DNA of 64,000 nt, taken from a virus. Taxonomy: Duplodnaviria > Caudoviricetes. Below, piece after piece: positions 57,395 through 64,000 of the stretch. The translations under genes and the position numbers were made by a program. Numbering within the stretch: position 1 is the stretch's first letter; the number at the start of each line of letters is the position of its first letter. The stretch lies in IMG/VR virus record IMGVR_UViG_3300042483_000388. One strand, given 5' to 3'. The notes below the pieces were generated by a model. The model worked only from the letters and a program-made list of their open reading frames with translations, ran no database searches and was not told the origin of the DNA.

Positions 57395-58195
57395 ATGAAA
57401 GACAGAAATACAGGGGCACCAATCAATCAGGAAGAAATTTACCACTACCTTAAGGATATTAGAAAAATTAAGGTAATGACCGCAGAGCGTGAGCGAGATT
57501 TAGCGAAACGTATGAAATCTGACGATCTTACAGTCATTGAAAAACACGACATTGAACAAGAACTACTTGTTGGTAATCTTCGTTTTGTTATTACTGTGGC
57601 AAAACAATATCAAAATCAAGGATTAGACTTGTCGGATCTTATTGCTGAAGGTAATTTAGGGTTACTTAAAGCGATTAAAAACTTTGATTGGCACAAAGAC
57701 CTAAGATTTATATCTTACGCTGTCTGGTGGATTAAACAATCAGTTATTCAATCGCTTAATGATAACTCAAGGACTATTCGACTACCAGTTAATGTGGTTC
57801 AGGATTTACACAGGGCAAAAAAAGAAGTTGAGAAAACAGGTGTTAAATTATCCGATAAATTCTCAAATCTACCATCTATCATTGATTTGGATATGAATAT
57901 CAATGAAGAAGGAGACACTCTTATTGATATGATTGAAAATAAAGATGCTGAGGCTCCTGATGCAGGTTTTCACACAAAGGATATTCTTAAGGATAAGTTG
58001 TTTTCATTACTGAATGTGCTTGACGAAAGAGAGAAAGTTATCGTTGGTGATTACTTCGGACTTACAGGGACACCTCGTACTCTAGAAGATATTGGGTCGG
58101 ATTTTGGTCTAACAAAAGAGAGAGTTCGCCAAATTAAAGAGAAAGCACTTCGTAGATTACGAAATGATTGTTCCGAATTATTTGACTATTTATAA
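57395..58195 (+). CDS. rpoD: Sigma70-family RNA polymerase sigma factor, Bacteroidota primary-sigma-like (start refined)
   Basis: NLRFVITVAKQYQNQG, DLIAEGNLGL, FISYAVWWIKQS, RTIRLPVN and TLEDIG..FGLTKERVRQIKEKALRRLR; no region 1.1. Confidence 0.92.
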   Translation: MKDRNTGAPINQEEIYHYLKDIRKIKVMTAERERDLAKRMKSDDLTVIEKHDIEQELLVGNLRFVITVAKQYQNQGLDLSDLIAEGNLGLLKAIKNFDWHKDLRFISYAVWWIKQSVIQSLNDNSRTIRLPVNVVQDLHRAKKEVEKTGVKLSDKFSNLPSIIDLDMNINEEGDTLIDMIENKDAEAPDAGFHTKDILKDKLFSLLNVLDEREKVIVGDYFGLTGTPRTLEDIGSDFGLTKERVRQIKEKALRRLRNDCSELFDYL

Positions 58196-58200
58196 AAAAG

Positions 58201-58232
58201 TTTGGTAGATATAAATAAAGTGTTTATCTTTG
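58201..58232 (+). promoter_or_regulatory. Consensus Bacteroidota promoter TTTG-N20-TATCTTTG with no downstream + strand ORF
   Basis: tttg at 58201-58204; tatctttg at 58225-58232. Confidence 0.7.
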
Positions 58233-58237
58233 TATAA

Positions 58238-58385
58238 CAAACGACGAGGGTTAAAAATCACTGATAATATTTAAGGTGATGGTTTGAGTTAGAAGTGATC
58301 TGAGGCGAAACAATCTCAGGTTGATAGAAAAATGGAAGACGATTAAGATACTAAAGTTCTGTCCTACTCAATCCACCCAAATCAC
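58238..58385 (+). ncRNA. Candidate structured small RNA
   Basis: Consensus promoter, no ORF, a hairpin at 58297-58322 and a long-range pairing 58281-58292 with 58364-58374. Confidence 0.3.
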
Positions 58386-58790
58386 AAACTGGTCTTTACC
58401 AACCCTCATTGGGTTATTTTTACTTTCCCTCCATAATGTACCCAACCTCATAGACCAATAAGTACCCGATTCATGCGTTGGGTATATAGGAAAGGACAGT
58501 TCCCACTTTAACGATTTAACAACAAATGGGATTTCATTTTGTATATTACCGTAAATAATATTTTCCGCAATTTCTTTTTTAAGAAAATTTTCAATAAAGT
58601 ATTTTAATTCGGTGTTATCTATCTTTCTTTGGTTATATTCTTCACCTTGATCAGGCCTGGTTGATCTTGAATCCGCATGGGCATCTTTATGAAATTCAAA
58701 ATTAAAAATAACCTCCATTTTTGTTATAAGTTGAGCGATTCTCTTTTCTAATATTAAATGTTTTCGTACTATTTCTGTTATTAGATTCAT
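58368..58790 (-). CDS. Hypothetical protein (140 aa), candidate head-packaged protein
   Basis: Isolated minus-strand ORF with an N-terminal LITEIVRKHLILE motif and a TATTTAAT variant just upstream. Confidence 0.6.
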   Translation of the reverse strand: MNLITEIVRKHLILEKRIAQLITKMEVIFNFEFHKDAHADSRSTRPDQGEEYNQRKIDNTELKYFIENFLKKEIAENIIYGNIQNEIPFVVKSLKWELSFPIYPTHESGTYWSMRLGTLWRESKNNPMRVGKDQFVIWVD

Positions 58791-58793
58791 ATC

Positions 58794-58819
58794 ATTAAAT
58801 ACTTCTAATACTATTTATA
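58794..58819. promoter_or_regulatory. Back-to-back putative late promoters (TATTTAAT minus, TATTTATA plus)
   Basis: The 44-bp divergent gap holds one motif per strand. Confidence 0.5.
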
Positions 58820-58834
58820 TATAAAACAATTTAA

Positions 58835-60070
58835 ATGAATAAAAAATTTTTACCTTGGTTTTTATTGTTTTGTGCAATAGGACTATCAGGAACAGCAGCA
58901 TATTATAGTGTTGTTGGATTATCCATCATTTTCTCGACAGTTGCTATCCCCGTTATTATAATGGGATCATTTTTGGAGATATCAAAAATTGCCATAGCAA
59001 CATATCTTCACGATAAGTGGAAGGAAACATATAGATTATTGAAAATCTATTTAACAATTGCGTTGGTAATATTATCCGTCATAACATCAATCGGTATTTA
59101 CGGACTATTATCCAGCGGGTTCCAAAAGAACATTGCAGGACTTGAGATTAACAACAAGTTGGTTGATAACATTGGGGTTAAGAAAACAAGATTTGAGGAA
59201 ATCAAAGGTGACTACCAAAAAGAGAAAGAAGCGTTGGATAAAGATATAACTAACCTTAGAAATGCCCTTTCAAATAACACAACAACTCAAAGTATTGATA
59301 GAAGAACAGGTAAGGTTATCACTAGTGCAAATGGTGGTAATAGAAAGGCGTTTGAGTCTCAGTTGAATGTTGCCCAAAAAAATAGAGACATTATGTCCAA
59401 TAAAATAGAAGGGCTTAATGATAGTGTCACACGATTGGATATAGAAGTGTTGGACATTACATCCGAAGAAATTGAGTCTAGTGAGTTGGGAGCAATAAAA
59501 TATTTGAGTGAGGTTACGGGATGGGACATTAAAAAGACTGCAAACTTCTTTATACTAACTTTAGTGTTTGTTTTTGACCCATTAGCAATTGCCTTGGTAA
59601 TTTCCACAAACCAAGCATTTAAAAATATTAAAAGAAAAGAAGAAGAAGATGAGGTTAAACCTGAATATGAGGAATACCCATTCCAGGATGATATTGAGAT
59701 TCCCGAATGTTATTTAACACATGATACCGTACATGATACCGTACATGATACCGTACATGATACCATACAAGTAGAACCTGAAATTATTGAAAGAATTGTT
59801 GAGGTTCCTGTTGAAGTAATAAGAGAGGTTGAAAGAATTGTTGAAAAAATTGTTAATGTGCCATTTGATAGGGTTGTTGAAATTGAAAGGAGAATTGAAG
59901 TCCCGATAGATAGAATTGTTGAGGTGGATAAAATTATTGAAATACCATTTAAATATTATGTAAATGACAACGGGAATGTTTTTGACGATAAAGGAAATCA
60001 AGTTGATGATGAGACATTCAAAAATAAAATTGAGGAGATTGAAAAAAAAATATTAATGTATAAAAAATAA
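58835..60070 (+). CDS. Multi-pass membrane protein with a coiled coil and repetitive C-terminus
   Basis: Three N-terminal hydrophobic helices, a coiled coil, a fourth helix (FILTLVFVFDPLAIALVI), then HDTV and IVEV repeats. Confidence 0.7.
   Translation: MNKKFLPWFLLFCAIGLSGTAAYYSVVGLSIIFSTVAIPVIIMGSFLEISKIAIATYLHDKWKETYRLLKIYLTIALVILSVITSIGIYGLLSSGFQKNIAGLEINNKLVDNIGVKKTRFEEIKGDYQKEKEALDKDITNLRNALSNNTTTQSIDRRTGKVITSANGGNRKAFESQLNVAQKNRDIMSNKIEGLNDSVTRLDIEVLDITSEEIESSELGAIKYLSEVTGWDIKKTANFFILTLVFVFDPLAIALVISTNQAFKNIKRKEEEDEVKPEYEEYPFQDDIEIPECYLTHDTVHDTVHDTVHDTIQVEPEIIERIVEVPVEVIREVERIVEKIVNVPFDRVVEIERRIEVPIDRIVEVDKIIEIPFKYYVNDNGNVFDDKGNQVDDETFKNKIEEIEKKILMYKK
59720..59767 (+). repeat. 12-bp tandem repeat x4 encoding HDTV-HDTV-HDTV-HDTI
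   Basis: catgataccgta x3 plus catgataccata. Confidence 0.95.
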
Positions 60071-60073
60071 TAT

Positions 60074-60667
60074 ATGGAGGTTATTGAGAAAGTAATTGAA
60101 AATAATTTTAAAAATGGAAATAAAAAAACTCAGATAGTTCTTACCCATACTTCAAGAAATTTATTTGATTTTATGACGGCAATAAAACTTAGGTTTGGCG
60201 GTAAGCCAATCAAATTACCCCATTATTTAATAGGTAAAGATGGTAAAATATTACAAATATTAGATGACGATAAAAATGGTAAATACCTCAATACGGACAA
60301 GGTAAACAATAAAAGTATAGTCATTTGTTTAGAAAATCTAGGTTGGCTTGAAAAACAACCCCTAAAAAATTATCACATAAACTGGATTGGAACTATTTAT
60401 AGAGAAAAAGTTTTTGATCGTAAGTGGAGAAATTATTTTTTTTGGGATCCATACACTGAAATTCAGTTAGAAAAAACTGCTGAACTATGTAAGGAACTCT
60501 CAAAAAAACATGGGATTTTAACACAATTTATAGGGCACAACACAAAAATAAAAGGGGTTGAGTCTTATATGGGAATAATTACAAGATCAAACTTTGATGA
60601 GTTTGCTACGGATATAAGCCCGGCATTTGATTTTGAAAAATTTATAAAACTATTGGAAAATGAATAA
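60074..60667 (+). CDS. N-acetylmuramoyl-L-alanine amidase-like protein (Amidase_2)
   Basis: IVLTHTS, HYLIGKDGKILQ, NNKSIVICLEN, YTEIQLE...LCKELSKKHGI, DISPAFDF. Confidence 0.75.
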   Translation: MEVIEKVIENNFKNGNKKTQIVLTHTSRNLFDFMTAIKLRFGGKPIKLPHYLIGKDGKILQILDDDKNGKYLNTDKVNNKSIVICLENLGWLEKQPLKNYHINWIGTIYREKVFDRKWRNYFFWDPYTEIQLEKTAELCKELSKKHGILTQFIGHNTKIKGVESYMGIITRSNFDEFATDISPAFDFEKFIKLLENE

Positions 60668-61250
60668 ATATGATGAAATAAAATCTTTAGTTGAGGCCTC
60701 AAGAAGAGCTTTAAATAAAGGAATGTTGAATGAGATGGTAGAAATTAGAAAAACTTATGGGTTTTTAAATGAACAAGCTATTGATATTGACAAAGAAAGT
60801 GATTTAACTAATGATGATGAGTTTGAAACTGCGCCAAAAGATTCTGATGAAATTGGTAAAAAAAGTGATAAACAAAGAACTTATAAGGTTATGGGTGATA
60901 TCATTGTTTTACATGGAAAAGACAAACCCAGCTTACAACTCACAACAGACGAGAAAAATGCCTTTACGGAAAGTATGGATGAATTTAGAGAGGAGGTTGC
61001 AGAAATTGTTGATTTTGGTAAATTAAGTGTGTTTGATGACAATGTTGAGTGGACAGGTAAAATTAAAGAGCTTGATTTAGAGTTCTTCTTTTCAATTAAC
61101 GAGTCCGATGGATTATATATAAATGGTCAGATGATACATATAGATCAAGACTATATGAATATGATTATGAAATTACAATCATATTATCAAAAATTTAAAA
61201 CCAAATGGAGTAAAGTAATTGCGTCGAGACAAAAAACAGATACTGAATGA
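60660..61250 (+). CDS. Acidic hypothetical protein, candidate head protein
   Basis: MLNE...GFLNEQ followed by an acidic linker, similar to the YIMEQ start of 13742. Confidence 0.55.
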   Translation: MNKYDEIKSLVEASRRALNKGMLNEMVEIRKTYGFLNEQAIDIDKESDLTNDDEFETAPKDSDEIGKKSDKQRTYKVMGDIIVLHGKDKPSLQLTTDEKNAFTESMDEFREEVAEIVDFGKLSVFDDNVEWTGKIKELDLEFFFSINESDGLYINGQMIHIDQDYMNMIMKLQSYYQKFKTKWSKVIASRQKTDTE

Positions 61251-61600
61251 AAGAGTTTTTAAGTAAAAATTGGAAAACTATTGTCCTTGTATTTCTTGGG
61301 ATAATACTTATTTACCTACTTATTAGGGTTTTTACTCCGGCAAAAGACATTTCAGAGTTAAACAAATACAAATTAGAACAAATAGATAAAAATATAAATG
61401 AAATAAAAGAACTACAAAAAAATTTAAATGATTCTATACGATCATATGAACATAAGATTGGGTTGATTGATAAGAAACTTTCTAATATAAAAATTGAAAA
61501 AAAAGAAGTTAATAATTTTTATTTTGAGAAAAAAGAAGAAATAAAAAAAGCCAACAATAAACAGATTGATAGTTTATTACGAAAAAGATATGGATTTTAA
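61247..61600 (+). CDS. N-terminal TM plus coiled-coil protein (i-spanin-like)
   Basis: TIVLVFLGIILIYLLI then heptads; near the amidase. Confidence 0.5.
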   Translation: MKEFLSKNWKTIVLVFLGIILIYLLIRVFTPAKDISELNKYKLEQIDKNINEIKELQKNLNDSIRSYEHKIGLIDKKLSNIKIEKKEVNNFYFEKKEEIKKANNKQIDSLLRKRYGF

Positions 61601-61601
61601 T

Positions 61602-62015
61602 ATGAAAAAATTGGTTATATTATTTTTCTTTTTGATGGTATCGTCATTAACGATGTCACAAAAAAACGTTGTTGATACATCAGAGATCTGTATACCGTAT
61701 TCGGTAGCACAAAAAATCCTTCTTGATTTGAGTGATTATGATAGAATTAAAGAGATTAAAATATTAAACGAAAAAGAAATTAAGGAGTTGAATAATAAGA
61801 TTCAATACCAAGAAAAAATAATTATTATGTGGGAAGAAAAAGATTCTACAAATAATATTATTATTAATAATACAGAAGAAAAGTTTGAAATATATAAAGA
61901 GGAGAATAAAAGTTTATCTAAAGAAAATAAAAGACTAAAAACCAAAAATACTTTATTTTCCATAATTTCGGGAGTAATCATTGCCCCATTAACTTATTTA
62001 GTATTGTTTAAATAA
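61602..62015 (+). CDS. Signal peptide, coiled coil and C-terminal TM protein (possible spanin partner; start refined)
   Basis: MKKLVILFFFLMVSSLTMSQ...LFSIISGVIIAPLTYLVLFK. Confidence 0.5.
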   Translation: MKKLVILFFFLMVSSLTMSQKNVVDTSEICIPYSVAQKILLDLSDYDRIKEIKILNEKEIKELNNKIQYQEKIIIMWEEKDSTNNIIINNTEEKFEIYKEENKSLSKENKRLKTKNTLFSIISGVIIAPLTYLVLFK

Positions 62016-62260
62016 TGGCACTATCAACAACAGAAAAAAAAGAAATTGAAATCTTAATTAGAAAAGAAATTAAAGATTTTTTAGGATCAAATACGGCTAA
62101 ACAATTTGAGGACAAACTAATGGACAGAATATCTAAAGACATACAAAGAGGTAAAATGGAAAAAGATGTTAAAGAAGTCATAATCAAATCTTTCCGAGAA
62201 TTTTATACGTTGATGTATCAACAAAGAAGTTTTTGGGAATCTAAATTCAGAAATGCGTAA
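62015..62260 (+). CDS. Hypothetical protein (81 aa)
   Basis: TAATG coupling at both ends. Confidence 0.7.
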   Translation: MALSTTEKKEIEILIRKEIKDFLGSNTAKQFEDKLMDRISKDIQRGKMEKDVKEVIIKSFREFYTLMYQQRSFWESKFRNA

Positions 62261-63036
62261 TGGAAGATGTGATACAAAAAATGAAAGATGGTATCTCAAG
62301 TAAACTTGCTGGATCACCTGCAAGAACAGATACGTTAAAAGCATTTGAAAATTTGAAAGAGAGCGGTTATGATGATAACTTTGAACTAACTATTGATTTT
62401 TTAGATTTTTTAAAAAATAAAGAAGATATTGGTGAAATATATTTATTAATTAAAAACAAAAAATTATCTAATAACGAAATTAGAAAAAGATTAAAGACAT
62501 ATCTAAAAGATCCTGAAAATTTAAGAGATTTTTTAAACTCTATTTTAGACACCAACAAAGGTAAAAAAAGTGAAGAAAAAGAATCAACAGGATCTGGTAG
62601 TTCTGGAGGATATTCACAACCACTTTTCACAACCAAGCGTGATATTGTTAGAGGTGTGAAAACAGTTAGAGAACAATTGGAAATGGGTGAAACAACTGAA
62701 GAAGGTAATGATGATATGGTTAAAAAAGAAACTAAAGAAGCTACAAGTTCATCATCTTCAGGGCAATACAGCCAACCATCAATGTGGGCTAAATCCATGA
62801 GTAAAAAGAATTTTAGAGGATATTCTAAAACACAACTTCCTGGTGGTAAATTTGTTCAAGTTAAGAAGAAGTGTAAAAAGTTCCCATACTGTAATCAAGG
62901 AGATATAAAAGCCCTTAAAATATTTGAAAATGAGTCAGTGCAAAACGCGATAGATAGTGTCTCGAGTAGTTATGGGTTGGATAAAGAATATATTTCTGAA
63001 ATTGTATATCAAAAAATCAGAAAAAGACAAAAATAA
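62260..63036 (+). CDS. Hypothetical protein with a duplicated E.T.S.SSG.YSQP motif
   Basis: KESTGSGSSGGYSQPLF and KEATSSSSSGQYSQPSMW. Confidence 0.65.
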   Translation: MEDVIQKMKDGISSKLAGSPARTDTLKAFENLKESGYDDNFELTIDFLDFLKNKEDIGEIYLLIKNKKLSNNEIRKRLKTYLKDPENLRDFLNSILDTNKGKKSEEKESTGSGSSGGYSQPLFTTKRDIVRGVKTVREQLEMGETTEEGNDDMVKKETKEATSSSSSGQYSQPSMWAKSMSKKNFRGYSKTQLPGGKFVQVKKKCKKFPYCNQGDIKALKIFENESVQNAIDSVSSSYGLDKEYISEIVYQKIRKRQK

Positions 63037-63039
63037 AGA

Positions 63040-63047
63040 TATTTATT
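63040..63047 (+). promoter_or_regulatory. TATTTATT putative late promoter
   Basis: Motif before the ATG at 63061. Confidence 0.55.
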
Positions 63048-63060
63048 AAAAAAAGAAAAG

Positions 63061-64000
63061 ATGAACAAACGTGAATACATACAATCAAGACTTGAAAAAA
63101 TCTTGAGAGAAAACATAAATGAGAAAGCTGACAATATCTTAAACAGATTAAACTATAATAAAGAGGCTCCTTTTAACCCAGAAGGTAGTTCATTTGATTA
63201 TGTTCAAGAAACAGAACATATGGAAGGTTCCAAAATGTGTGAATCATGTGGTGGAGAAATGAACGAAGGTGAGAATTGTGAAGAATGTGGTGCAGGGTAT
63301 GGAAAAGGAAATTTAAATGAGTTAGGTGATGATACGGAATTAGATGAAAGACTATATGGTAAACAACGTAGGATTGATAGAAATAAAAATGGAAGATTGG
63401 ATTCTGAAGACTTTAAAATGTTAAGGAATAAAAAAACAAGAAAAAATATTGAAGAATTTAATAATTACGAAAGTGAACAAGAGGAAGGAACTTTGTATGA
63501 AATACAAATTGAAAGACCAAATAAATTCAATCAAAATAAAATGGTTAAAGAATCTGCATTATTTACAGAGTCCGAAGTTATTGAGATGGTTGAAAGAATT
63601 ATTAATGAAGAAAATAAGAAATTTAACGCTGGACGACAACCTAAAGGGTATACTGAATATGAAAGAGTTCATAAAAAAGACAAAAAAGAAGAAGAGGATT
63701 ATTTTAAACTTTTAGCTAAAAAAATGAAAGATTATTTGAAAGACTCAACTAAAGGAGAATACAAAGAAAACCCGACTAATTTTCCTGAAAGTAATTATAC
63801 TCTAGATAAGAACGCTAAAGCTAAAAAATACACACCATCCGAAGCGGTTGACGATTATTTAGATGCGTTTTCTTATCCTGGCATGACCAACTTAGTTTAT
63901 GATGAAATTAAACCTAATGATGAGTGGATTGAGAACAATCTTAAAGGTTCATCTAAAACGGGAAATGCTCAAGTTGATAAAGATGGTAAGGCGTTAGGTA
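63061..64000 (+). CDS. Acidic multi-motif protein, 3'-truncated (not in ORF track)
   Basis: MNKREYIQSRLEKILRENINE...; CESC-x8-CEEC; EF-hand-like DRNKNGRLDSED; internal FTESEVIEMVERIINE; no stop seen before the window end. Confidence 0.75.
   Translation, partial: MNKREYIQSRLEKILRENINEKADNILNRLNYNKEAPFNPEGSSFDYVQETEHMEGSKMCESCGGEMNEGENCEECGAGYGKGNLNELGDDTELDERLYGKQRRIDRNKNGRLDSEDFKMLRNKKTRKNIEEFNNYESEQEEGTLYEIQIERPNKFNQNKMVKESALFTESEVIEMVERIINEENKKFNAGRQPKGYTEYERVHKKDKKEEEDYFKLLAKKMKDYLKDSTKGEYKENPTNFPESNYTLDKNAKAKKYTPSEAVDDYLDAFSYPGMTNLVYDEIKPNDEWIENNLKGSSKTGNAQVDKDGKALG

Noticed and set aside
58300-58312. Hammerhead ribozyme suggested by CTGAGGCGAAAC
   Set aside because: It lacks the CUGAnGA core plus stem II arrangement; kept only as a generic structured-RNA candidate.
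59720-59767. CRISPR array or mini-array
   Set aside because: The repeats here and at 13832 and 52733 are directly tandem, in frame and have no spacers; no cas genes are present.
2647-63715. Many short ORFs in the track on the opposite strand or in alternate frames (e.g. 2647-2889, 22139-22402, 40558-40761, 52541-52846, 59714-60001, 62367-62798, 63449-63715)
   Set aside because: They lie fully within long, motif-bearing genes and have shadow-type composition, with no promoter or leader support.
1-64000. Stop-codon reassignment (TAG to Gln as in Lak phages, or TGA)
   Set aside because: Genes of up to 7 kb are intact in code 11, and TAG (21494, 24844) and TGA both act as real stops at gene ends.
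1-64000. tRNA or rRNA genes
   Set aside because: Intergenic gaps are short and none shows a cloverleaf or T-loop GTTC signature by eye; tRNAscan-SE would be decisive.

Overview
This window is a 64 kb segment of a large, AT-rich (roughly one-third GC by eye), contractile-tailed jumbo-type phage using the standard genetic code. It holds five blocks. (i) A tail and baseplate module: tape-measure C-terminus, a tube-fold/OmpA protein, a gp53/LysM-like protein, a giant hub, gp25, gp6/J, gpI-like and fibre/adhesin genes with SprB repeats and (S/T)P linkers. (ii) A T4-like replication block inserted into the tail operon: gp32-like SSB, RecA/UvsX, 5'-3' exonuclease, DnaB/gp41 helicase and a B12-dependent NrdJ. 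(iii) RuvC, primase, a PD-(D/E)XK nuclease and Mre11/Rad50. (iv) A sigma70 factor resembling the Bacteroidota primary sigma. (v) A probable lysis cluster and several acidic candidate internal head proteins. The host is probably Bacteroidota, based on TTTG-N20-TAnnTTTG promoters, A-rich leaders without Shine-Dalgarno sites, SprB and DUF6576 domains, and the sigma type. A TATTTAT motif precedes most virion genes and looks like a late promoter. The strongest novel candidate is a GT95/GT96 (HPAT/SGT1)-like peptide O-glycosyltransferase placed among tail genes carrying Ser/Thr-Pro repeats, suggesting a phage-encoded virion O-glycosylation system. All family calls are by motif recognition from memory; no searches were run.
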